From NCBI GenBank assembly GCA_044223005.1, contig JBGAML010000012.1:32001-96000 (forward strand): a stretch of DNA of 64,000 nt. Direction: 5' to 3'. Of this stretch, positions 33,161-43,401 are shown in pieces. Numbering within the stretch: the first letter of the stretch is position 1; each line of letters opens with the position of its first letter. The stretch comes from Candidatus Eiseniibacteriota bacterium (lineage in GTDB: Bacteria > Eisenbacteria > RBG-16-71-46). The notes beneath the pieces are model-generated. The model was not told where the DNA came from, did not search any database, and worked only from the letters and a program-made list of their open reading frames with translations. The position numbers and the translations under genes are program-made.

Positions 33161-33703
33161 GCGGGTTCAGGGGCATCTCCGGAATGCGTTTCGGATGCAC
33201 GAGCACCCGAGCATACCGTCGGAAGGCGTTCGCGCCGAGTCGCGCGCCCCCGAAGCGACCTTCCGCGTGGCGAACTCGGATCGCCGACATTCAGGATGCA
33301 AATGCGCTGGCGCTTGTCGAACCCGCCGGGCGTGGGCTAGCTTGATTGCCGGAAAAACAGTGCGCCCGCGTGTGACACGTAGTCGCGCGACCACCCGGAT
33401 CCTTGTGTTTCCCCCGAAAACCGAGTCCGGGGCGGATCGCGCGGCTACTTGTCACCCGCGGGACGCGCAGGTGTCACGCTGGGCCGGAGGGTCGGGCTCC
33501 GAGGGGAGTACCCGGTGACCGGCCCAGCGACATGAGAACGCCCGTTGTGGTCGAAAGCGGTCGACTTTTCTTTCGTGCCGGCCAATCGACGGATCGCGTT
33601 CCACTTCCGGACGTGCGTTCGTTGCGGCGGACGGAACTGGCCCGATCGAACGTCCATCGCTCGCCGGCTGCTGCGAACCGGATCGCAGCGGAAGAGTGTC
33701 CCG

Positions 33704-34291
33704 ATGACGACGGTTCCCCACGACAACCTGGATTCGACGCTCGCCCTGGTCACGCGCGCCCGGCATGGTGATCGCGCGGCCCTCGAGGTGATCGCCGAGC
33801 GTTACCAGGCGCCACTGCGCCGCTTCGCGCACGGGCGGCTCCCGGCGGCCGCGCGCGGGCTCGTGGACACGGAGGACGTCGTCCAGGTCGCCGTGGTGCG
33901 AACGCTCTCACGGCTCGACCACTTTCATCCCGGGGCCTCGGGGTCGCTGCTCGCCTACCTGCGGCGGGCGGTCCTGAACCAGATCCGCGACGAGATCCGC
34001 AACTCGCATCGCCGCCCCACGGGCCCCGTGGTGTCGGTGCAGATGCCGGCCCGCAGTCTCGACCCGCTCGAGGAGGCGATCAGCCGCGAATCGCTGGAGC
34101 GGTACGAAGAGGCGCTCGCGACGCTGCCGTCCGAGCAGCAGGAAGCGTTCATGATGCGCATCGAGATGGGATGCGCCTACCGCGACATCGCCGATGCGAT
34201 CGGGAAGCCCACGGCGAACGCGGCCCGGCTGCTGGTGCGGCGCGCGATCCAGGGACTGGTGCACGCACTGCGACGCCCGCCGGCGCGATGA
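33704..34291 (+). CDS. ECF RNA polymerase sigma factor
   Basis: LVTRARHGDRAALE, DTEDVVQ, AYLRRAVLNQIRDEIR and region 4 YRDIADAIG. Stop overlaps the kinase ATG (ATGA). Confidence 0.9.
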   Translation: MTTVPHDNLDSTLALVTRARHGDRAALEVIAERYQAPLRRFAHGRLPAAARGLVDTEDVVQVAVVRTLSRLDHFHPGASGSLLAYLRRAVLNQIRDEIRNSHRRPTGPVVSVQMPARSLDPLEEAISRESLERYEEALATLPSEQQEAFMMRIEMGCAYRDIADAIGKPTANAARLLVRRAIQGLVHALRRPPAR

Positions 34292-37074
34292 GCTCCGGTC
34301 CGGACGATCCGGCGCCCGGCGCCGAACGCGTCGCCGACGCGATCTCCGATGGCGCCCCCGTCGACTGGGACGCCGAGCGCACGGGCGGATCGGCGGACGC
34401 CGAAACGCTCGATGCCCTGCGCCTGATCGACCGCGTCGCGCGCGTCCATCGCGGCGGCATCGCGCCCGAGGCCGAACCCGAGCAGGGTGCGGCCGAACCG
34501 CTCGAGGCGTGGGGCAGCTTGCGCATCGTGCAGCCGCTCGGCGTCGGCGCCTACGGCGACGTCTACCGCGCCGTCGATCCGGCGTTGAGACGCGAGGTCG
34601 CGCTCAAGCTGTGGCGCACGGGCAACCGGCCGCGCACGATCGAGCGGCTCCTGGACGAGGCGCGGGCACTGGCGAGCGTGCGGCACCCGAACGTGCTGCT
34701 CGTGCACGGTGCGGACGTGCACGAGGGCCGTGCCGGCATGTGGACCGAGCTGCTGGAGGGCGCGACGCTCGAAGAGATCCTGCAGACGTACGGCCCGCTG
34801 GGCTGGCGCGAGGCGGCGCTCGCGGGCATCGAGCTCTGCCGCGCGCTCGCCGCGGTGCACGCGCTGGGGCTCGTGCACGGCGACGTCAAGACGGCCAACG
34901 TCATGCGCGAGCGCGGCGGGCGGATCGTGCTCATGGACTTCGGCAGCGCGAGCGCGATCCGCGATGGCTCCGAGGCCGTCCCGATGCTGCAGGGCACGCC
35001 ACTCGCGATGGCGCCGGAGCTGCTGCGCGAGGAGCCGGCGACGCCGGCCTCCGACCTCTACAGCCTGGGCGTGCTGCTCTGGCGGCTCGTCACCGGGCGC
35101 TATCCGTGCGAAGCCGACTCGCTCGAGGCGCTGCGCGCGAAGCTCGCCGCGGAACCGCTGCCGTCGCTGCGGAGCGAGCGCCCCGACCTGCCGGAGCCGT
35201 TCGCGCGCGTCGTCGCGCACGCGCTCGAACGCGTGCCCGCAGAGCGGCCCGCGTCGGCGGCGGCGATGGAGCGCGAGCTCTCCGACGTGCTGCGCTCGGA
35301 CTGGAGTGCGCCTGCGGCAGAGCCGGTACGCCCGCACAAGCGCCGGCGCGCGCTGGCCGCGGTCGCCGCACTCGTCACGGCCGCGGCGCTCGGCGCCGGC
35401 GCGTGGAACTGGTGGCTCGCGCATGGTCCGGCGGCCGGCACGCCCCATCCGCTGCAGTTCACGCTGCAACTCCCGGTCGGCCAGCACCTGAATCAGTGGG
35501 CCAACGTCACCGTGTCGCCCGACGGCGGCACGATCGCCTTCGCCGCGCAGGACACGCTCGGCCGGTTCGCGCTCTGGATCCGGCGGCTCGACGATCGCGA
35601 ATCCACCCGCCTGCCCGGAACCGACGGCGCGCAGTATCCGTTCTGGTCGCCCGACAGCCGCGAGGTCGCGTTCTTCAGCGGCACGTCGCTCAAGCGCGTG
35701 GCGCTGGACGGCGGGCCGGCGCGCACCATCTGCGCGACGACCCTCGGCCGCGGCGGCACCTGGGGCCGGCACGGCACGATCCTCTTCGCGGCCTCGACGC
35801 AAGGCCCGATCTTCCGCGTGCCGGCGGCCGGCGGCACGCCCATGCCGGCCACGGTCGTCGACGCCGCGGCGGGCGAGGTGTCGCATCGCTGGCCCTCGTT
35901 CCTGCCGGACGGCGAGCGCTTCCTCTACGTCAGCACCCCCGCACGCGACGGCACCTACGCCCTGTACGCCGGCTCGCTCGGGTCCGACCGGCGCGCGTTC
36001 GTCGGTCCCGTCGAGTCGGGTGCCGCGTACAGCTGCGGCCAGCTCGTCTACCTCGCGAACGAGACCATCCAGACGCGCCCGTTCAACCTGCGCACGCTCG
36101 CGTGGAGCGGCGACCCGCGGCCGATCTCGGACGCGCGCGGATCGGGCGGGTCGATCGCCGAACCGCACGCGAGCGCCTCGCAGAACGGCATCCTCGTCTA
36201 CCCCTCCACGATCGAGCGCACGAGCCGGCTCCAGTGGATCGACACGCGCAACGGCGTCGTCTCGCCGCTGGGGCAGGGCGCCTACTTCTACCCGAGCGTC
36301 TCGCCGGATGGCCGGCGCGTCGCGGTCGAGCGCGTCGAGAGCGCGGCCCGCAGCAACATCTGGCTGCTGGACGCCGCCACCGGGGCGGCCGAACGCTGGA
36401 CGGACGCCACGGGGCTCAACCGCAAGCCCGTCTGGTCGGCCACCGGCGACTCGATCGCGTTCGCGTCGAATCGCGACGGGCGCTACTCGATCTACGTGCG
36501 CGCCGTCGGCGGCGCGCTCGCCGAGCGCCGGCTCGCGCGGCCCGCCCCGGGGCTGCTGCTGTGGCCGGACGACTGGTACGCGCCGGGCGTGCTGGCCTTC
36601 GACGCCTACCATCCCGCCACCAGCTTCGACGTGTTCGAGCTCCGCGGCGACTCGATCGTCACGATCGCCGACGGCAGCTCGCCCGAGGCCCAGGCCACCT
36701 ACTCGCCCGACGGCCGCTGGCTCGCGTACGAAGGTGGCGCGAGCGGCGAGCGGCAGGTGTACGTGGTCGAGCGCTCGACGGGGACCCGCTATCGCGTCTC
36801 GCCACACGGCGGCTACCAGCCGCGCTGGGCGCGCCGCACGGGACAGCTCTTCTTCCACGACGCGGGCGGCAGGTTCTACGTCTCGGAACCGCGCACGGGC
36901 GCCACCCCCGACCGCTGGACCGTGACGCAACTCGCGCACTCGGGCTTCCTCGAAGGCTGGGACGTCTCGCCCGACGGCCGGCGGCTGCTGGTCTGCCTGC
37001 GCACCGAGACGACGCGGCCCGAGGAAGTCGTGGTCCTCGCCAACCTGCCCCAGGCGATCGCGCACGGTCTCTGA
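34288..37074 (+). CDS. Hanks-type Ser/Thr kinase with TM helix and periplasmic TolB-like (PD40) beta-propeller
   Basis: LGVGAYGDVY, VALK, HGDVKTAN, DFG, GTPLAMAPE, a TM segment and repeated SPDG motifs. Confidence 0.92.
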   Translation: MSSGPDDPAPGAERVADAISDGAPVDWDAERTGGSADAETLDALRLIDRVARVHRGGIAPEAEPEQGAAEPLEAWGSLRIVQPLGVGAYGDVYRAVDPALRREVALKLWRTGNRPRTIERLLDEARALASVRHPNVLLVHGADVHEGRAGMWTELLEGATLEEILQTYGPLGWREAALAGIELCRALAAVHALGLVHGDVKTANVMRERGGRIVLMDFGSASAIRDGSEAVPMLQGTPLAMAPELLREEPATPASDLYSLGVLLWRLVTGRYPCEADSLEALRAKLAAEPLPSLRSERPDLPEPFARVVAHALERVPAERPASAAAMERELSDVLRSDWSAPAAEPVRPHKRRRALAAVAALVTAAALGAGAWNWWLAHGPAAGTPHPLQFTLQLPVGQHLNQWANVTVSPDGGTIAFAAQDTLGRFALWIRRLDDRESTRLPGTDGAQYPFWSPDSREVAFFSGTSLKRVALDGGPARTICATTLGRGGTWGRHGTILFAASTQGPIFRVPAAGGTPMPATVVDAAAGEVSHRWPSFLPDGERFLYVSTPARDGTYALYAGSLGSDRRAFVGPVESGAAYSCGQLVYLANETIQTRPFNLRTLAWSGDPRPISDARGSGGSIAEPHASASQNGILVYPSTIERTSRLQWIDTRNGVVSPLGQGAYFYPSVSPDGRRVAVERVESAARSNIWLLDAATGAAERWTDATGLNRKPVWSATGDSIAFASNRDGRYSIYVRAVGGALAERRLARPAPGLLLWPDDWYAPGVLAFDAYHPATSFDVFELRGDSIVTIADGSSPEAQATYSPDGRWLAYEGGASGERQVYVVERSTGTRYRVSPHGGYQPRWARRTGQLFFHDAGGRFYVSEPRTGATPDRWTVTQLAHSGFLEGWDVSPDGRRLLVCLRTETTRPEEVVVLANLPQAIAHGL

Positions 37075-37125
37075 CCTCGCCGGGCGTGCCCGCGCCCGGG
37101 CTCCGGTCGACGGCCCGCTCCGCCC

Positions 37126-37177
37126 TTGACACCCCGTCCGTGCGAGGCGCATTCTTTGTTCGCTCGCCTGACAAAGA
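37126..37177 (+). promoter_or_regulatory. Sigma70-type promoter overlapped by a ROK-type operator
   Basis: TTGACA (37126-31), CATTCT (37150-55) and inverted repeat TCTTTGT-N11-ACAAAGA (37153-77). Confidence 0.7.
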
Positions 37178-37250
37178 CGGTCCCGAGCGCTCTCGCGAAC
37201 GCGCGTGAGCGCCACGAGACGCCCTCATGACCCCCGGCCGGAGGCTCGGC

Positions 37251-38624
37251 ATGTCGCAGTACTTCCACCCCGTCCGCGCCGCACTCGTGGTGGCGCTCGT
37301 CGCCCTCGCCGCCGCGGGCTGCTCGCGCAAGACGCCGACCGAGCCCTGGCCGCCGCTCACCGATCCGCGCGTCTTCGACGAGTCGTTCGCGCCCAAGGTG
37401 GGTTTCCAGGCGTTCGGCGGCTCCAAGCTCGACGCGCTCGACATCGACTCCACGACCGCGCACACCGGACGGGTGTCGCTGAAGGTCACCGTGCCGAACC
37501 CGAACGACCCGACGGGCGGGTACGCGGGCGGCGCGTTCGTGGCCGCGCTCTCGCACGAGCTCAGCGGGTACAACGCGCTCAGCTTCTGGGTGAAGGCCAG
37601 CCGGGCGACCAACCTCGACGTCGCCGGCCTCGGCAACGACAACACCGGCACGTCGAAGTTCGACGCCGCCCGCAAGACGATCCCGATGACCACCAGTTGG
37701 ACGCAGGTGCTGGTGCCGATCCCGGATCCGTCCAAGCTGACCGACGAGAAGGGCATGTTCTACTTCGCCGAAGGCCCGCAGGCGGGCAGCGGCCTGACCC
37801 TGTGGCTCGACGACATCACGTTCGTCAACACGGCGCAGGTGACCAACCCGCGTCCGGCGCTGACCACGCAGACGGCGAGTGCGATCGTGGGCGGCAGCCT
37901 GAACCTCGCCGGGCTCACCAAGACCGTGTACACGATCACGGGCTTCGACCAGACCGTGACCCACATGCCGGGCTACTTCTCGTTCACGTCGTCCAACTAC
38001 GCGGTCGCCACGCCCGCCGGCAGCCTGGTGCAGGTGCTCTCGGCCGGCACGGCGGCGATCACGGCGAAGCTCGGCGCGATCGCGGCGACGGGCACGCTCA
38101 CCGTGAACGCGACGGCGCCGCCCGCCACGCCCGCGCCGACGCCCACCGTGCCGGCCGCGCAGGTGATCTCGATCTTCAGCAACGCCTACACGAACATCCC
38201 CGTGGACACGTGGTCCGCGACCTGGGACCAGGCGGACGTGAGCGACCTCACGATCGCCGGCAACGCCACCAAGCTCTACACGAACCTCAACTACGCCGGG
38301 ATCGAGTTCACCTCGCACGTGATCGATGCGACGTCGATGAGCGCTTTCCACGTCGACGTGTGGGCGACCGCCGGCACGCTGTTCCGGGTGAAGCTGGTCG
38401 ATTTCGGTGCCAACGGCACGTTCGGCGGCGGCGACGATACGGAGTCGGAGCTGACCTTCAATGCGGCGAGCACGCCCCCGTTCTCGAGCGGCGGCTGGGT
38501 GCCGCTGGACATCCCGCTCGCCAACTTCACGACGCTGCTGCACCGCGCCCACGTCGCCCAGGTGGTGCTCTCGTCGACCGACGCCAAGACCGTCTTCGTG
38601 GACAATCTCTACTTCCACCAATAG
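37251..38624 (+). CDS. Lipoprotein with carbohydrate-binding-like and Ig-like domains (surface glycan-binding candidate)
   Basis: LAAAGC lipobox; two beta-sandwich modules each ending in (L)DDITF/VDNLYF, flanking an Ig-like segment and a PT linker. First gene of the glucan operon. Confidence 0.75.
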   Translation: MSQYFHPVRAALVVALVALAAAGCSRKTPTEPWPPLTDPRVFDESFAPKVGFQAFGGSKLDALDIDSTTAHTGRVSLKVTVPNPNDPTGGYAGGAFVAALSHELSGYNALSFWVKASRATNLDVAGLGNDNTGTSKFDAARKTIPMTTSWTQVLVPIPDPSKLTDEKGMFYFAEGPQAGSGLTLWLDDITFVNTAQVTNPRPALTTQTASAIVGGSLNLAGLTKTVYTITGFDQTVTHMPGYFSFTSSNYAVATPAGSLVQVLSAGTAAITAKLGAIAATGTLTVNATAPPATPAPTPTVPAAQVISIFSNAYTNIPVDTWSATWDQADVSDLTIAGNATKLYTNLNYAGIEFTSHVIDATSMSAFHVDVWATAGTLFRVKLVDFGANGTFGGGDDTESELTFNAASTPPFSSGGWVPLDIPLANFTTLLHRAHVAQVVLSSTDAKTVFVDNLYFHQ

Positions 38625-38637
38625 GCTCGCGCGCATC

Positions 38638-39912
38638 ATGGCCCGACGCGGGGACGACGGATCGAAGCGAACGCCGGCCGCCGTTCCGGGGCGGCGCGAG
38701 GACGCGCCGCGCCCGAAGGCGCTCTCGCACGCCTTGCTGCGCCTCGTGTGGAACGAGCACCGCATCTCGCGCGCGGACATCGCGCGCCGCATGGGGCTGT
38801 CCCGCTCGACGGTGACCGAGATCGTCGACGAGCTGCTCGAGACCGAGCTGATCGCCGAAGTGGGCGTCGGCCCCTCGCGGGGTGGCCGGCCGCCGATCGT
38901 GCTCGAGTTCGATTACGGCGCCGGCTGCATCCTGGGCGTGGACATGGGCGCGGCGCACGTCGCCGTGGCGCTCATGAACCTGCGCGGTGAGATCCTCGCG
39001 TGGCAGCACCGCCCGCACGCGGTCCGGACCGACCCCGAGGGCACTCGTGAACTGATCGCCGAACTCTGTTCGGCGTGCCTCGCCGCGCAGCCGGGCAGCC
39101 GCCGGCGCCTGATCGGGCTCGGGATCGCCGTGCCCTGCCCCGTCGACCCCGATCATCCCGACCGGTTCTCCGAGATCGTGCTCCCCGACTGGCACGGACG
39201 CAGCGGCTTCAAGTCGCTCGCCAGCCGCTACAAGGTGCCGCTGCTCGTGGACAACGACGCCAACCTCGGCGCGCTCTCCGAGCGCTGGTGGGGCGGCGGC
39301 CGCGGTGTGGACGACTTCGCGTACGTGAAGGTCGCAACCGGCGTGGGCTCCGGCCACTTCGTGCAGGGGCGCGTCTACCGCGGCGCCACCGGCGTCGCGG
39401 GCGAGATCGGCCACATGGCGATCGATCCGCAGGGCAAGCCGTGCGTGTGCGGCCTGCGCGGCTGCCTCGCGACGCTCGTCGGCGCGCCCGCGCTGGTGGA
39501 GCGCGCGGGCGAACTGCAGGCGCGCTTCCCGAAGAGCGTGCTGCGCGACCGGGCGCTCACGATCGAAACGATCGAGGACGCGGCGCTGGAGGGGGATCCG
39601 CTCGCGCTGCAGATCACCGAGGAGGCCGCGAGCCACCTCGGCATCGCCATCGCCGGCCTGCTGAACCTCATGAATCCCCGGCTCGTCATCCTGGGCGGCG
39701 GCCTGTGCCGGCTCGGCGACCTGCTGCTCGACCCGCTGCGGGACGTGATCCGCAACCGCACGCTGGTCTCCTCGCTCGCCGCGGCGAACGTGATGACCAG
39801 CGAACTCGGACCGCGCTCGATCGCAGTCGGTGCCGCCACGCTCGTGCTGGATGCGGCGCTCGACGACGTGCGCCTCTTCCCGACGCCCGCCGAACGCGCG
39901 AGGACCGCGTGA
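38638..39912 (+). CDS. ROK family transcriptional repressor
   Basis: HTH ISRADIARRMGLSRSTVTEIV, GGRPP, DNDANLGAL and GEIGH...CVCGLRGCL. Confidence 0.93.
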   Translation: MARRGDDGSKRTPAAVPGRREDAPRPKALSHALLRLVWNEHRISRADIARRMGLSRSTVTEIVDELLETELIAEVGVGPSRGGRPPIVLEFDYGAGCILGVDMGAAHVAVALMNLRGEILAWQHRPHAVRTDPEGTRELIAELCSACLAAQPGSRRRLIGLGIAVPCPVDPDHPDRFSEIVLPDWHGRSGFKSLASRYKVPLLVDNDANLGALSERWWGGGRGVDDFAYVKVATGVGSGHFVQGRVYRGATGVAGEIGHMAIDPQGKPCVCGLRGCLATLVGAPALVERAGELQARFPKSVLRDRALTIETIEDAALEGDPLALQITEEAASHLGIAIAGLLNLMNPRLVILGGGLCRLGDLLLDPLRDVIRNRTLVSSLAAANVMTSELGPRSIAVGAATLVLDAALDDVRLFPTPAERARTA

Positions 39913-40742
39913 CGACCGCCGCCGGACGGCTCGTACGCGTCGTGCTCGCGCTGGTTCTCGCGCTGCCGGCGCTCGTGTCCAACGCGGCGTGCACCAAGAA
40001 GACGACCGCGCCCAAGTTCGACCTCGTCTGGCAGGACGAGTTCGACGGGCCCGCAGGCCAGCTGCCCGACGCGACCAAGTGGGGCTTCGACATCGGCACC
40101 AACTGGGGCAACAACCAGCTGGAGTACGACACCGACCGTCCCGAGAACGTGTCGCTGGACGGCGTCGGCCACCTCGCGATCACGGCGCGACAGGAGAGCT
40201 GGCTCGGCTCCAACTACACCTCGGGCCGCATCCAGACCAACGGCAAGTTCTCGCAGGCCGGCGGACGCTTCGAGGCGCGCATGCGCATGCCCACCGGGCA
40301 GGGCATGTGGCCCGCGTTCTGGCTGCTCGGCGGCAACTTCGGCTCGGTGGGCTGGCCGGCGTGCGGCGAGATCGACATCATGGAGTACCGTGGGCAGGAG
40401 CCCGCGACGATCCACGGCAGCCTGCACGGCCCGGGCTACTCGGGGGGCAACGCGATCACGCGGACGTACACGAGTGCGACGACCACGTTCGACTCCGGCT
40501 TCCACGTGTACGCGGTCGAGTGGACGTCCAAGAAGATCGCGTGGTCGGTGGACGGAGTGACCTACCACACCGCCACGCCCTCGGGCCTGCCGGGCGGGTC
40601 CGCGTGGGTGTTCGACCATCCGTTCTTCGTGATCCTCGACCTCGCGGTGGGCGGCGGCTTCGTCGGCCCCCCGAACGCAGGCACGTCGTTCCCGCAGCAG
40701 CTGCTCGTCGACTACGTGCGGGTCTACCGCCAGAGCAACTGA
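39909..40742 (+). CDS. GH16 endo-beta-1,3-glucanase (laminarinase), lipoprotein
   Basis: WQDEFDG, WGNNQLEY, YTSGRI, WPAFWLLG and catalytic GEIDIME. Confidence 0.92.
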   Translation: MTTAAGRLVRVVLALVLALPALVSNAACTKKTTAPKFDLVWQDEFDGPAGQLPDATKWGFDIGTNWGNNQLEYDTDRPENVSLDGVGHLAITARQESWLGSNYTSGRIQTNGKFSQAGGRFEARMRMPTGQGMWPAFWLLGGNFGSVGWPACGEIDIMEYRGQEPATIHGSLHGPGYSGGNAITRTYTSATTTFDSGFHVYAVEWTSKKIAWSVDGVTYHTATPSGLPGGSAWVFDHPFFVILDLAVGGGFVGPPNAGTSFPQQLLVDYVRVYRQSN

Positions 40743-40744
40743 CC

Positions 40745-42421
40745 GTGACCCGCGCCGCCCGGTCCGCCGCCCTCGCGCTGTCGCTGCTCGCGCTCGTGGC
40801 GGCCGGCTGCGCCCGGCGTCATGCGCCGCCGCCGCGCGACGTGCTGATCGTCTCGCAGGAGCAGCAGGCGTCGTGGGTGCGGAACTTCAACCCGCTCACC
40901 ACCGCCACGGCCGCACGCTGGCCCACGCTGGCCGGGATTTACGAGCCGCTCTTCGTCTTCAACAGCGTGCAGGGCCGCACCGTGCCGTGGCTCGCCGTCG
41001 CGTCGGAGTGGCGCGAGGGCAACCGCGTGCTGCGGGTGTCGCTGCGCGAGGGCGTGCGCTGGTCGGACGGCCGCCCGTTCGGCGCGGACGACGTGGCGTT
41101 CACGTTCGGCCTGCTCAAGCGCTTCCCGGCGCTCGACCGGCGCGGCGTCTGGAGCTTCCTCGACGGCGTGACCGCGGTGGACGCGCACACGGTGGAGTTC
41201 CACTTCCAGCGCGTGTTCATCCCCGGCGCCGACGAGATCGCGGCGCAGCAGATCGTGCCCGAGCACGACTGGAAGCACGTGAAGGATCCGGTGACGTTCA
41301 CGAACGAGCACCCGGTCGGCACCGGGCCGTTCACCGAGGTGCGCACGTTCCAGAACCAGGTGTTCGAGCTCGGCCGTAACCCGCACTACTGGCAGCCCGG
41401 GGTCCCGAAGGTCTCGGCGCTGCGCTTCCCCGCGTTCCCCGGCAACGACCGTGCGAACCTCGCGCTGGTGTTCGACGAGGTCGACTGGGCGGGCAACTTC
41501 GTTCCCGCGATCGACCGCGTCTACGTTCAGCGCAAGCCGGCCGCGCACGGCTACTGGTTCCCGCTGACGGGCAGCAGCATCTTCCTCTACGCGAACACGA
41601 CCCGCGCGCCGTTCTCGGACCGCAACGTGCGCAAGGCGCTCAGCATGGCGATCGACCGCGACCTGCTCGTGGACGTGGCGCTCTACCGCTACTCGCGGCC
41701 CGCGGACGCCACCGGGCTCTCCGACGCGTACTCGACGTGGCGCGACTCGACCGCGGTCGCGAACGGTGGGTGGGTGCGCCACGACCTGGCGCGCGCGTCG
41801 GCGATGCTGGATTCCGCGGGCTTCCGCCGCGGCGCCGACGGCAAGCGCCATCGCCCCGACGGCCGGCCGTGGAACTACGAGATCCTCACCGTGTCGGGCT
41901 GGTCCGACTGGGTGCGCGCGGCGCAGGTGATCGCGCGCGGCCTGCGCGACCTCGGGATCGACGCGACCGTGCGCACGTACGACTTCAGCGCATGGTTCCA
42001 GAAGGTGCAGGAAGGCGACTTCGACCTGACGCTCGGCTGGTCGTTCGAAGGCCCGACGCCCTACACCTTCTATCACTGGCTCATGGCCTCCGCGACGGTG
42101 AAGCCCGCCGGCACCGCGTCGATGGGCAACTGGCACCGCTTCGGCAGCCCCGAGGCGGACCGCGCGCTGCTCGCGTTCGAGACCGCGGCCGATTCGGCGT
42201 CGCAGCACCGGCTGTGCGCCGACCTGCAGCGCGTGTTCGTCGCCGAGGCGCCGGCCATCCCGCTCTACCCGAACCCCTCGTGGGCCGAGTACAACTCCGG
42301 CCGCTTCTCCGGCTTCCCCGGACCCACGAACCCGTACGCGGACGCCTCGCCCAACAAGTTCGACCGCGGCGAGGTCCTGCTCGTGCTGACGACGCTCGCC
42401 CCCCGCGGGGAGGCCCGATGA
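40745..42421 (+). CDS. ABC transporter family-5 (Opp/Dpp-type) substrate-binding lipoprotein, probably oligosaccharide-binding
   Basis: AAGC lipobox, RNFNPL, IYEPL, LREGVRWSDG.PF.ADDV.FTF, GTGPF and SGWSDW. Confidence 0.9.
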   Translation: MTRAARSAALALSLLALVAAGCARRHAPPPRDVLIVSQEQQASWVRNFNPLTTATAARWPTLAGIYEPLFVFNSVQGRTVPWLAVASEWREGNRVLRVSLREGVRWSDGRPFGADDVAFTFGLLKRFPALDRRGVWSFLDGVTAVDAHTVEFHFQRVFIPGADEIAAQQIVPEHDWKHVKDPVTFTNEHPVGTGPFTEVRTFQNQVFELGRNPHYWQPGVPKVSALRFPAFPGNDRANLALVFDEVDWAGNFVPAIDRVYVQRKPAAHGYWFPLTGSSIFLYANTTRAPFSDRNVRKALSMAIDRDLLVDVALYRYSRPADATGLSDAYSTWRDSTAVANGGWVRHDLARASAMLDSAGFRRGADGKRHRPDGRPWNYEILTVSGWSDWVRAAQVIARGLRDLGIDATVRTYDFSAWFQKVQEGDFDLTLGWSFEGPTPYTFYHWLMASATVKPAGTASMGNWHRFGSPEADRALLAFETAADSASQHRLCADLQRVFVAEAPAIPLYPNPSWAEYNSGRFSGFPGPTNPYADASPNKFDRGEVLLVLTTLAPRGEAR

Positions 42422-43401
42422 AGTTCCTCCTGCGCCGGCTCGGCTTCTACGCGATCGCGGCCTGGGTCGCGCTGACGCTCAACTTCTTCCTGCCGCGTCT
42501 CATGCCCGGCGATCCCGCGACGGCACTGTTCGCTCGCTTCCGCGGCCGGCTCGCGCCCGAGGCCATGCAGGCGCTGCGCGAGACGTTCGGGCTCACGCCC
42601 GCGCCGCTCTGGAAGCAGTACCTCACGTACCTCGCGCATGCGCTCCGCGGCGACTTCGGGATCTCGGTCGCCTACTTCCCCACGCCGGTGACGCACGTGA
42701 TCGGCACCGGGCTCGCATGGACGATCTTCCTCGCCGGCACCGCGGTGGTGGTGAGCTTCGCGATCGGCACGCTGCTCGGCGTCGCGTCCGCGTGGTGGCG
42801 TCGCGGCTGGGCCGACGCGCTGCTGCCACCGACGCTCGTCTTCCTCGGCGCGCTGCCCTACTTCTGGCTCGCGATGGTCCTGCTCTACATGCTCGGGTTC
42901 ACGCTCGGCTGGTTCCCGCTCGGCCACGCCTACGCCGACGACCGCACGCCCGCATGGTCCTTCTCGTTCGCGGCCGACGTCGCGGCGCACGCCGTGCTGC
43001 CCGTGGGCTCGATCGTGCTCGCCACGCTGGGCGGCTGGGTGCTGTCGATGCGCAACACGATGATCTCGGTGCTCGGCTCGGACTACGTGAACCTCGCGCG
43101 CGCCAAGGGCCTCTCACCCGCGCGCGTCGTCCTGCGCTATGCCGCGCGCAACGCGCTGCTGCCGAGCATCACCAGCTTCGGCATGGCGCTGGGCTTCGTG
43201 CTCGGCGGCTCGCTGCTGACGGAGATCGTGTTCTCCTATCCCGGGCAGGGCTACCTGCTCGTGCAGGCCGTCCGCAACCAGGACTATCCGCTGATGCAGG
43301 GCATCTTCCTCGTCATCACGCTCGCCGTGCTGGGCGCCAACTGGCTGGTCGACGCCGTCTACCTGTGGCTCGACCCGCGCATCCGGGACAGCGCATCGTG
43401 A
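42418..43401 (+). CDS. ABC transporter permease (OppB/DppB-type)
   Basis: PRLMPGDP, GDFGIS, ARAKGL EAA loop and DYPLMQG. Confidence 0.92.
   Translation: MKFLLRRLGFYAIAAWVALTLNFFLPRLMPGDPATALFARFRGRLAPEAMQALRETFGLTPAPLWKQYLTYLAHALRGDFGISVAYFPTPVTHVIGTGLAWTIFLAGTAVVVSFAIGTLLGVASAWWRRGWADALLPPTLVFLGALPYFWLAMVLLYMLGFTLGWFPLGHAYADDRTPAWSFSFAADVAAHAVLPVGSIVLATLGGWVLSMRNTMISVLGSDYVNLARAKGLSPARVVLRYAARNALLPSITSFGMALGFVLGGSLLTEIVFSYPGQGYLLVQAVRNQDYPLMQGIFLVITLAVLGANWLVDAVYLWLDPRIRDSAS

Noticed and set aside
33371..33387. TGTGA...TCGCG Crp-like site
   Set aside because: The spacing is wrong and the second half-site is poor.
27004..37215. Other very long opposite-strand or alternate-frame ORFs (27004..31176, 34177..37215, 34194..37208; likewise 45527..48481 and 58278..60767)
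   Set aside because: They overlap well-supported genes and have the low-complexity composition expected from stop-codon scarcity at high GC.
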